A stretch of DNA of 64,000 nucleotides, from assembly GCA_002269645.1 (NCBI GenBank), contig NIVC01000299.1, positions 268,598 to 332,597 of the forward strand. Reading direction: 5' to 3'. Positions 1 to 11,400 of this stretch are shown here, in pieces; positions within the stretch are counted from its first letter, which is position 1; each line of letters begins with the position of its first letter. Made by a program: the position numbers and the translations under genes. The stretch is from Macrostomum lignano. Its lineage: Eukaryota. The notes beneath the pieces are model-generated. The model was given only the letters and a program-made list of their open reading frames with translations, was not told the DNA's origin and made no database searches.

Positions 1-9
1 CTGGCCTGA

Positions 10-135
10 TTCGAGTTCCGCGTGGACGGCCGTTGGTCAGCTCCACCCGCGGCCAAGGCTGCCTTCCTGTCGCGAGTTCGCAACGCCATCGCCCATGCGA
101 CCTCGGTGCACCAGTGCAGCAATCCGAAGCTGCAG
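10..135 (+). CDS. Possible internal exon of an unidentified gene entering from the left edge (FEFRVDGRWSAPPAAKAAFLSRVRNAIAHATSVHQCSNPKLQ)
   Basis: High-GC3 reading in frame 1 ending at CAG|GTCAGC (donor 136, phase 0), phase-compatible with the acceptor at 1342. No family recognised, and there is an in-frame TGA at 7-9. Confidence 0.3.
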
Positions 136-177
136 GTCAGCGATCGGCTGGTGATCGTCGGCCCGGCCAGATCACCA

Positions 178-523
178 CCAGCTCAAGTTGGACTGACTGA
201 AGTCCATTGCCGTGGCCAACCAGCTCAAGTTGGACTGACTGAAGTCCATTGCCGTGGCCAACCAGCTCAAGTTGGACTGACTGAAGTCCATTGCCGTGGC
301 CAACCAGCTCAAGTTGGACTGACTGAAGTCCATTGCCGTGGCCAACCAGCTCAAGTTGGACTGACTGAAGTCCATTGCCGTGGCCAACCAGCTCAAGTTG
401 GACTGACTGAAGTCCATTGCCATGGCTAACCAGCTCAAGTTGGACTGACTGAAGTCCATTGCCGTGGCCAACCAGCTCAAGTTGGACTGACTGAAGTCCA
501 TTGCCGTGGCCAACCAGCTCAAG
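178..523. repeat. 42-bp minisatellite, about 8 copies (CCAGCTCAAGTTGGACTGACTGAAGTCCATTGCCGTGGCCAA)
   Basis: Direct tandem periodicity; PAQVGLTEVHCRGQ repeats in the ORF track. Confidence 0.95.
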
Positions 524-1016
524 TCGGCTTGAACCAAATCCTGTCTCCAGGTGAGAATCGAGCCATCCGAGTTCCGCACTTCCTTCGAATTTTTCATTTT
601 TCCTAGAAAGACCTCAAGTAGACCTCAGCAACAGTGTGGAGCTGCAGTTAAATTTACGCTTGTATTTCTAAGCTAGAATTCGGCTCCGGTTCGTTAAGGC
701 TGTTCGTGACTCGGCCTGTGCTGATTAAATCCGAGTCTGAAGCGCTTCTGACCCCGGCTGTGCGCTCATAAAAGTCACGAAAAAACCTGACCACAGATTC
801 CAACCCAGTGCCCGCCAAGAGCTCACGTGAATTATTTACTGCCCTGATCTGAGTATCGAAACTGCCTCTGGTTTTATTTGTCAAACTCGCCCTTCACGAC
901 CGCCATCGTTTATGATCGATATGCTCAGGATTTAAAAAAAATATTTATAGAGAACGGAACTAAGGCCAATAGTACCTATTGATGAAGTAATGCACTGTTG
1001 CAAAGGTTGTGTGTGT

Positions 1017-1159
1017 GTCGCCTTGGCTGTCGCCTTGGCTGTCGCCTTGGCTGTCGCCTTGGCTGTCGCCTTGGCTGTCGCCTTGGCTGTCGCCTTGGCT
1101 GTCGCCTTGGCTGTCGCCTTGGCTGTCGCCTTGGCTGTCGCCTTGGCTGTCGCCTTGGC
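1017..1159. repeat. 12-bp tandem repeat (GTCGCCTTGGCT), about 12 copies
   Basis: Direct periodicity. Confidence 0.95.
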
Positions 1160-1342
1160 GTCAGTGGCTGAAACTCCCTATGTAACCAAGAACAAATATT
1201 ACCGATAGAAGTCATCAATTTTTGGTGTTTGATCTCTCACTGCTTGAGTATTCCCTCCTCAGAATAGTTGCTATTGAGCAGCACAAGAAGTTCCGATTTG
1301 GTGCCCCATCAGTGATGCTGGATTTTCCGCCCCCGCCCTCAG

Positions 1343-1590
1343 GCCGAACTCGACAAGCTGGTGAGGAGCTTCGGCAAGGCGGTGGACGACCTGGAAGAGC
1401 TTGACGCCAAGGACAGCCCGAAATGGACGCAGCGAAGATCTGGGCGGGGCCGGCAGGCCAGGCGCGCCGCCAAAATCGAGCGAAGGCTCAGCGCGTCAAG
1501 TCCATCACGGCGGAGCGGCGGGCCCAGAAGGATTCTAAGAAGTTGAAAGAAAGAGTCAGAGAAGAAGGTGGCGAAGAAAGCAAATAATAA
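1343..1590 (+). CDS. Possible terminal exon of the unidentified left-edge gene (AELDKLVRSFGKAVDDLEELDAKDSPKW..., Lys/Glu-rich tail)
   Basis: Pyrimidine tract plus CAG acceptor at 1341-1342 and AATAAA at about 1586. The reading appears to change frame twice in the 3' half, which may be indel errors. Confidence 0.3.
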
Positions 1591-1606
1591 AAAGAAGTCT
1601 AGAAAT

Positions 1607-1815
1607 CTGCTCTATAACATACTGCTCTATAACATACTGCTCTATAACATACTGCTCTATAACATACTGCTCTATAACATACTGCTCTATAACATACTGC
1701 TCTATAACATACTGCTCTATAACATACTGCTCTATAACATACTGCTCTATAACATACTGCTCTATAACATACTGCTCTATAACATACTGCTCTATAACAT
1801 ACTGCTCTACAACAT
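1607..1815. repeat. 15-bp tandem repeat (CTGCTCTATAACATA), about 14 copies
   Basis: Direct periodicity. Confidence 0.95.
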
Positions 1816-2460
1816 GGCCAACTCAAGCCACAGGATGCTGCACTCTCAGATCGTGCAAATTTGCAAACAGCATAGGCGAGACAGGAAGGTTTCAGTTTGT
1901 TGAGCACTGAATTCCCGACGTCTCACCTTTTAGTCTACCTAGCTGCCGTGCTGCCGTGTGTCACATCTCGATCCACAGACTTTCTTAACAGATAGTCGGA
2001 TGCAATGCACGGGTTGCAACCAGTCGATGGGTCTGTTTGCCAGCCTCAAAGCGGAAAACTGGTGGAAACTACTGGACTCCTGGAAGCATTTTATCTCCTG
2101 AAGAAAACCAGCTGGGATTCTGTCCTGCTTGCTAATGCAGTTCTGAGCAGAGAGACTCATTCCATTTGAAACTTTCAACTTTCAGTTGCAGCTTTAATGC
2201 ACTAAGCAAAGTCGTTTTCAGAAAAGCTTTACTGACTTTGGAAAGGTAGCTCTTTACCTGTATTTTATTTGTTTCTTTCTCTATCCGAACGGGCGTCCAA
2301 CTTTCAGGTCAGACGAACTTCAAAGTAATATTTTTCTTTTTTTCATTTGAAAAGCGTTGATTAACAATTCCCAATGCAAACTTTAACTAAGCCTGTTTGT
2401 TCACTTCAAGTGAATCAGGTTCAAGCCAGCCAGCTCCGCCAACTCTCCGTCACCCCACAG

Positions 2461-5400
2461 CCTGTCCCAAGCCCGTCAGCAAGGCGGGCCCGTGTCTGCG
2501 CAACTTCAGGCTCATCAACGAGACTCTGTTCAGGTTCGAGCACAAGTCGCTCACCTGCACCAAGGTGCAGCGCACTAGGGAGCTCCGGTGCTCGTGCCCG
2601 AAGCCGCAGGTGGAGACGGCTCACTGCAACGGCAAGTTCGTGCCCATCAAGGTGTTTGAGCAGCGGGTGAACAAGCTCAACGGCTGCGATGACATCTTGT
2701 GGACGGGGTCGGCCCGGTGCTCGCGTTCCTGCAGCAAGCGGACCGACTTGGCCTTCGTCATCGACTCGTCGGACTCCGTGCGCGGCACGAACTTTGAGTA
2801 CATCCGGCGCTTCATTGTCGCCGTGGCCAAGAAGCTGGACGTGTCGCGAGACAACACACACATCGCGCTGCTCAAGTACTCGAGTGTGGAGCACATGAAG
2901 GTGGTGTTCAACTTTGTGGCCCACTACAACCTAAAGTCGATGGCGCGGCGAATCATGGAGATGCGCTACTCGCCCGGCTCCACGTACACCGGGGACGCCC
3001 TGCAGAACTTCCGCAAGTTCCTTCTCAACTCCATCAACGGCTATCGCGGCGGCCCCTCTAGCGGCGTCGACAGCGTCGTGGTCCTCGTGACCGACGGAGC
3101 CTCGAACAGCGCGGTGGACCCGGTGAAGGAGGCCGGCAAGATCAAGGCGCTGGGCTGCAGCATCGTCACCATCGGCGTTGGCGACGACCTGCAGAACAAG
3201 GAGCTGGAGAAGGTGGCGAGCGACCCGGCGGCCGTCCACAGCTTCAAGACCGACTCGTTCAGAGAGCTCGGAGACCCGGATTTCGTCGAGTCGGTGGTCA
3301 GCGCCACGTGCCGAGTCGGGAAAGTCAACAAGCTCTCCGTTCTCGCAGAGTTTTCTCGTGAGTGCTCTGCTCTCGGCTGCTGCTACTGTGCTTAATTGCT
3401 TCTCGCGACAGTTCAGCAGCTGATGGATTGCCGGCCCCCTTCTCCACTGTCTAACTGCTCTCGCGTAGCTGCTTATTAGTTGAGAACTTCTCAAGGATCT
3501 CCTCAGTGTGTACTTTTATTACTGCACCCCTAAGCTTTTGGAGATCTTGGCACTCTAAGCTTCAATTTGCTCAAGCTTTTTTCGGGTTAAGCAATTCAGC
3601 CCTCAATTTGCACTCAGTTTGCCTTTGTTGAGAGTGTCTGCCCCCAATATCCGCCTTCTGTCTCCGCGGCCTCAGTGCGTCTGCTTCGTTCCTTGTAGCA
3701 GCACCTGATGCTCTGGTTTCCAACCAGCTCAGCTGCTCTCCATCGCTAATAATATTGATTGATTTCCCCTCCAATGCTGCCCGGAGTTCTGAGCGGCAGT
3801 CCGAAGTGCCGCAACTGTTGAAGGCGGCCGCCCACAACCTCAGGTGCGACTCGCTCCGTGGACCGCATCAACTGACCTGCCAATACACTTTCAATACAGT
3901 ATTCGATTATCGCCATCGCTTCAGAATGCATTGTTAATGACTGTTTTGTATCCATATTTTTAATTTTGCCAGAAATTCTGCTCAAGGCTCAAGCCCAAGG
4001 AGTCGATGTGGATTGGAAGAAGTTCGGCTTCTCCAAACTGAACGGTGAGTTGCCGCCCTGCTGCTGCAATCTGAGATTCCCTGATTGACGTCAAGCTGGC
4101 GGCCTGGACTGCTCAAGGCCTTGCTCAAGCAGCTGTGGGCACTGACTTCCCCTCGCGAGTCCTGTTTCTGGCCCGATCGAGCTCAAAAACGCCCTGTGCT
4201 CTGTGACGCACACGGAAACGGCTTTCGTGTTGAGCTAATTAGCTGGATTGCCAAACAGGAAACCCGTGGGCCAGCCGAGCACCTGTCAGACTCATTAAGG
4301 AAGTTGCCGCCAGCTGATTTTCGAGACGATTTTTCCCGTTTCTGCTGAAATCTGCGAGATGCAGAAGGAAGCTGCTTTCCCTGGCGCTTCTTTTAATCTG
4401 CGAGCTTGCAAAACAGGCGGCACTGTTGCAAACATTGCAATCGTGCAGCACTGTTCCAGAATATCCAGCTTGCAAAACAGGCGGCACTGTTGCAAACATT
4501 GCAATCGTGCAGCACTGCTCCAGAATATCCAGCTTGCAAAACAGGCGGCACTGTTGCAAACATTGCAATCGTGCAGCACTGTTCCAGAATATCCAGACAG
4601 GCTAATGGATTTTTATCCTAAAAGCTCTTCAAGCCGCCGACCTGATACCGAAACGACCCCCCCCCCCTGTCTGAGCTGCCGCGCCCCGCGACTTTGCCTG
4701 CATCCCCCCTACCCCAGCCTCCTAATCCCTGCCACTCTCCATCCAGCCAACCCTTCACCGCTCGCGTCATCCGCAGCCTCTCAGCTGTCCGCAGTCGGCT
4801 TCAAGCTGATCCGGGATTCCGGGCCGCCCGTTACCATGGCAACGCCAAGCCGTAAAGCCGATTTCGAATGGACGATGCGAGCGGCCCTGTCCGATGTTCT
4901 TCGCGTTCACCCGTTCTCCATCGTCCAGCTTCGCCTCCGGCCACCAGCCGGTCAGTCCGGCTCTGTCCGGCTGCCAGAGAAGCAGAGCCGCAGGCTGGCC
5001 GGGCTGGTCGCGGCCGGCAAATTTCGCTTCAGTTGGAGCGGCGCAACTTTTCGAATCGACCCGGAGTCGCTGTCGGTCGCGTCTGCGGGTGAGTCCGGCC
5101 CTTTGAGAGGCTTAGGTGGACAAGTATTTAATAAATAAATGGGTTTGCCGAAATCAAGCTGGGCTCATTTAGAATATTTGATTGACAAATAATGACATAA
5201 ATTAAAGATTATTTGAGTTAATAAACAAATCAGTTAAATAGAATTATATTGTACCGATTATTATTTCTGAAATCGATTCTTAAAGCCTTTTCGCGCCGGA
5301 GCTAGAAGTACAAAAGCTCCGTTCCTGCCGACATGGTCAGCTGGGCTGGCCATAGACTATAGCTAGAATCTTAATGCGCCGCTGTGCAAAGCCTTTCTAG

Positions 5401-8400
5401 CTGAGAAGGGAGCATTTTATACTCGGCTTGGACTAATCTTGGGTCGCATTTCACTTAATGCTCTCTGTATAGATTATGCCGTGTGTACACTTGATATTTA
5501 GCAGTAGACACTACAGTTCACTTTAAAATCTGCAAACAGGCCTTTTTGATAGAGAAAGCACTGCACGTCCTTAATACGAGTAGTGCATCATTTTATTGAA
5601 AATGAATACGCATTTAAGCATTTAAGCGTAGTTTTAGGAAGCGAATCGATTTCAATGCGATCCAGGTCGCCAACCGTCAGAGGAGCGTCATCTGATATAT
5701 CCGGTAGGGGTGTATCCAGAACCGAATGGTCATCCATCGTAGGATCTTCTAAGAAACGGATGAACTCCGCTAGGTCAGCGTCGCCAGCGTGGTCGGTTGC
5801 ACTCAGCAAAGAAAGGAAATCCATTTCGCTTGAAGACACTCCGTTAAGAGAATCAGTAAGCAGATTTTTCCAATTTATTAGATGCATTTTAGTGGTTGAT
5901 GTTAAAGCAAGCAAGCTTATATCAAGCCACAGTCCCCTGCATTTCTCTACTCTATATTCACTCGATAGTCTATGGTACAGTTGGAATTGCTCCATAGCGC
6001 TTCCTATGGCAGTGTCGATGTCGTTGTCGATGTCTATGGCCAAAACCTGCGCAGTCTAGGACGTTTCTGATTCGCTGAGACATCGTTAAACAATCGGCGT
6101 TAAACAACGCTTCAGCGTTAAGCAATGCTTCTAGTCGAGTATGCTAAACGATAGTGACAATAAGTCTATACATACGGTACTAGAGGTAAACAATAAGCAA
6201 AATCACGAGTGGCGTAGCAATGGGAGATCTGCAATGGGAGATTATACATACGGTACTAGAGGTAAACAATAAGCAAAGATCACTCGTAGCTACGCCGGTA
6301 GTCAGCTACGCCACTCGATGAAAATCTGAAGCCGATTTTTAGAATCCACCCACCCCCTCAGGTCACCAAGCTTTTTAGTCTATGGCACAAGTTGTGTATC
6401 GACGACGGCAACTGAGTCTGGTGACTGAGCGATGTTGTCTTGCTTATTTGATACATGCATTTTCTAAGTGTGAAATGTCTTATATTTCTGAGCATCGGCT
6501 TTTTACAACATTCTAGCCACAACTTGTGCCATAGACTAAAAAGCTTGTTGACCGGATGGGGTAGGTGGATTCTAAAAATCGGCCTCAGATTTTCATCCCT
6601 ATTGGCACTCTATACTAGGCGACCTCAATACTCTTTGCTCGGCAGGAACGGCTACTGTGAAGCTCATAACTTTTATTTTACCATAGACTCCAAAAATTAC
6701 CAGCAGTAAAGGCTGTTGGTCCATGGTCAGCCCTGCTGACCATCCGGCAGCTTAAAGTTAAACTATTCAAAAATAAATAACACTTCATATTATTATAGCC
6801 TTTTGTAGCCCATTTGGGCTTACACGCATTTTAATCCAATTTAATCCAAGATTCGTTTGCCAATGCAATCGATTTTTTGTCTATGGTAGCAAGGCTGGCA
6901 CAGCGGCATTCAATTTGGTCCAACAAGCATCAATCTGGTCCAACAAGCATCAATTTGGTCCAACAAGCATCAATTTGGTCCAACAAGCATCAATTTGGTC
7001 CAACAAGCATCAATTTGGTCCAAAAAGCATCAATTTGGTCCAACAAGCATCAATTTGGTCCAACAAGCATCAATTTGGTCCAACAAGCATCAATTTGGTC
7101 CAACAAGCATCAATTTGGTCCAACAAGCATCAATTTGGTCCAACAAGCATCAATCTGGTCCAACAAGCATCAATCTGGTCCAACAAGCATCAATTTGGTC
7201 CAACAAGCATCAATTTGGTCCAACAAGCATCAATTTGGTCCAAAAAGCATCAATTTGGTCCAACAAGCATCAATCTGGTCCAACAAGCATCAATCTGGTC
7301 CAACAAGCATCAATTTGGTCCAACAAGCATCAATTTGGTCCAACAAGCATCAATTTGGTCCAACAAGCATCAATTTGGTCCAAAAAGCATCAATTTGGTC
7401 CAACAAGCATCAATTTGGTCCAACAAGCATCAATTTGGTCCAACAAGCATCAATCTGGTCCAACAAGCATCAATCTGGTCCAACAAGCATCAATCTGGTC
7501 CAACAAGCATCAATTTGGTCCAACAAGCATCAATTTGGTCCAAATGCTCTTGAGCCATTCGGCAAATTCTTGTCCCCTCGCAACCGTCTGCAGGTGGTTG
7601 CGTATCGCTGGAATATCAGCGGGTCTACCGACAATTTCCAGTCGCTTTTCCAGAGCTCTGTCGGTAGTCCAACTGGAACTGTTCCTTGAACTTCTGCTGC
7701 ATTTTCTACAAAGTCAAACAAAGGGTTCGTCTCAACTGCATCGAGTAGCAGTCGGACCTGAGGCTCTCGCAACTTGCCTTGGCGATTGCCACCCGTTCGC
7801 AGGCGATCTCTGCCGCCAGTGGTTTCAACGCGCTGATGGATGCTGTAAACCATCTTTCCTTTTACATTCAGCAGCCTTTCTTTCTTTTCAACTTTCCTTT
7901 GGGTGTTCAACTCTGTCGAGCGCTTTGATCACAAGCCAATGGCAATTGGTTCATCAGCCCAGCATATGGCCTTCAATTATGGGGCTGATCTTGCTCCACC
8001 ACAGCCACTCCAAATGAAACAATGGACCAAATTAAACCAATATATTTATATAATATAATAAAACATTTTAACTTTGACATAAAAAATAATAATACAATGA
8101 CAGTTTCTGTTAACTGTTAGCCAGGGATGAACTTAGAGTAGCTAAACTTCCCTCACGCTCAATCCATTTTTTAGTTTCCCTAATCTCGAGTCCTTTCAAA
8201 AAAAGATTCCAATCTCATTAGAGCCAATACGTGTCAAAATCAGATAGTTAAAAGAGGCCACTTCTCGGCTGAAAACACAGCCAAGCCAGAACAGTCGTCT
8301 GCAGAACGCTAACAGCATTAAAGCAGATGGACTGCTAGACGATAGTCCAGCCAGTTAATGCACTGAAACAACAGACAGCCAGTGCTGAAAAATATGCAGA

Positions 8401-11400
8401 CGCTGCAGTCTGCAGAGCCCCAATTTGTCCGTCCCAGCTTCCCGCAGCGATGATGCGGATTGAATTTCAGCAGCTCGGTCTCAATTTCCTTCGCTAGATC
8501 GGAATGTCGTGTAAAAAATCCAGCCCTTGCCTGTCTGCGAAACCCCCTCCCCCCTACCGACTGGGATGCTGCATCAGCCCCCCCCCCGCTGCCCAGTGGC
8601 CGGGTGTGTATCGATTCCCTGTGGCTTGGCCCGAGCTCTGCTCGTGGACAAAGCGCATCACTGTCCGGGGGAATTTTATCCCCTTTCCAAGAAATCCCAA
8701 TTTGCTAGAGTAATATAGTAGCATTTTCCAGTTAGATTTCAATCCTACAAACTATCAAATTAATCCTCAAGGAGAAAAGGCGCACGCTGTTTCACAGAGC
8801 CACTGCGGTTCCAGTTTTGTTCCAGCCAGTTTTGTCTGGAGACTGAGTGCACTCGCAGCCCGCGCTACTGAAGAGGAACTGCACAAAGGACGCGATGACA
8901 AGAACTCCATCGGCAGTGGCTGAATGTGAAGATCCGGACTTCCCTCCGCTTGCCATCCGAGCGTGAAATGTGAGATCGTGTACCAAAAGACCTTTGTTGA
9001 CCTTTCGAATGATGCATCAAGAAGTTTAACATCTCCATGGAAATGACGATGGCACAGCACTGTGTTCACGTCATCTAGAAAAGCAACTGTAGGGCTGAAC
9101 GGCTCTTGGGCTTTTTTTTAGAGGCCGGGTTGTGTGCACCCTGGCGCACTTTAAGCGACATAGGCACACAACCGGCGAGAGGCATTACTGCCCATTCCGC
9201 CGACTCCCCTGAGCAGGCATACAAGCGCGCGGATACGTACGCAGGCACACACTCACACAGGAGTGTACAGCGGCCCTAACTTTATATTATCGTTAGGCAT
9301 TTACACTTCACTGCGCCTTGGGGGGTTGGCTCTCAAAGCCGTTAATTGCACGAGCAGAGCCAAGCCGAGATTCCAATTCAGCCCCAAATTAATGTGACTG
9401 CACTTGGAATCGAGCCTGGGTCGCTGGCACACCAGAGCAGCAGCGCTACCGCTGGGCTACGGCCCCCCTTGGCTCTTGGGTTTGCCGGCCGACTGCCATG
9501 CGAGTCACGTGGATGAGGCTGGCTTCAATCAGTGAACACGGCGTGGGCGGGGCCGCAGCAGTAGACGCCAGCGAGTTCTCCGAGTAATTCATGAGATCAA
9601 TGCCGAGACAATGATGGCACTGATGCTCCAAGGGTGCATCGAACACCTCATAAATTACAGGAGTAACTGCTCTTGAAGATGTGCAGGGCAAACGGCAGTT
9701 CTGCACCGTCATAAACGACAAACAGCAGACGGCAGTCCCTCCGCCCTACTACTTTGAGAACTGACTGTATGAGCAAAGCTGACTCCACGCAGGATCAAAT
9801 TGATATTCGACCGATAAGGCAACTTTAGCCATAGAACCCCAGAGACTCTCAGACTTTGTGCGTCTTTTTAACATTCAGAACTATATTGACGGCTCGCAGG
9901 ACCAAATTAAGTGGGACGTGCTGAAATAAAACTCTAAGAATAGAACATAAATAGTTGATACAATTAGCGCAATGGCCATCCGGATTCTCGTAAATCCTAT
10001 CCTATTATGTGAGGGAATTTTCTCGATACCATCTCTCATCCTATCCTATCCCGATTTCATCCCACCCCATCCCGATCCCATCTCGATCCCATCCCATCCC
10101 GATCTCATCCCATCCTGATCCCATCCCGATCACATCCCATCCCATCCCGATCTCATCCCATCCCGATCTCATCCCATCCTGATCCCATCCCGATCCCATC
10201 CCATCCCGATCTCATCCGATCCCATCCCGATCCCATCCCATCCCGATCTCATCCGATCCTGATCCCATCCCGATCACATCCCATTCCGATCCCATTCCGA
10301 TCCCATTCCGATCCCATCCCATCCCGATCCCGTCACAGCTAGTGCCAATCCCAACCTCCTCACCACAGAAGCAGCAGACTCTGTCCGACAGGCGCAGCTG
10401 GCGCCAGATATGGCGCTAGACGCCTGGCGCCCACTTCGCCGTCTTCTGCGCCGAGCCGAAAAGGCCGCGCCGCACATCAAGCGCGACGACGCGCGCCGCC
10501 TGGCGGTAAAAGAGCTGCGCCAGCTCCGCGCACTTTTGGCGCGCTCCGAACGCCGTCTGGACCGGCTGGTAGCGCGCTGCACCGAGGCGGTGTCTGCCGC
10601 CACCAACGGGAGCAGCCGGAAGAAACGCGCCAGGCTGCTGCGCGCCTGCGCCACTTTGACGCAGCGCCTGCTGTCGGACGCGGCCAAAGTGGTTCGGCGG
10701 GTCGGCTACATCCGGTACTTCGCCAGGGCCGGGGACTGGGCCAACCTGCGGCATGGAGAGAGACGGTGAGGCTGGGGCTGATGCTCGGCTGAAGTGATCC
10801 GTGATCGGATATGAGCCTCTCATGGGATGGGGTCTCTCATGGGATGGGGTCTCATGGGATGGGGTCTCATGGGATGGGGTCTCTCATGGGATGGGGTCTC
10901 TAATAGGATTGAGTCTCATGGGATGGGGTCTCTCATGGGATGGGGTCTCTAATGGGATTGAGTCTCATGGGATGGGTTCTCATGGAATGGGGTCTCAAGG
11001 GATGAGATCTCTCATTGGATGGGGTCTCTTATAGGATGGGGTCTGTCATGGAATGGGGTCTCTCATTGGATGTGGTCTCTCATGGGATGGGGTCTCTCAC
11101 AGGATGGGGTCTCTCATGGGATGGAGTCTCTCATGGGACAGGAGATTCCTTAAAGAATGGGATTCCCGATTGGATGGGATCTCTGACTGACGGGAATGGA
11201 CCTGCGGTGTGATGGGATCTCTCATGAGATAAGATCTCTGTTGGGATTGGGTCTTTCATGAGAACGAATCTCTGAGGGGTTATAGACCTAAAGGATTACG
11301 ACATTTGGCTGGATGGCATCTCTTGAGATGGTTTCTACGGTGGGATGGGATCTCCGCTTCGATCTCTCAGGGTGGCGCTGGTTAGGCAGATACCACATAC

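Noticed and set aside
2421-3494. Minus-strand ORFs overlapping the vWA exon (similar antisense ORFs over the nAChR, ILP and GALC exons)
   Set aside because: Shadow ORFs caused by high GC3 of the true coding strand.
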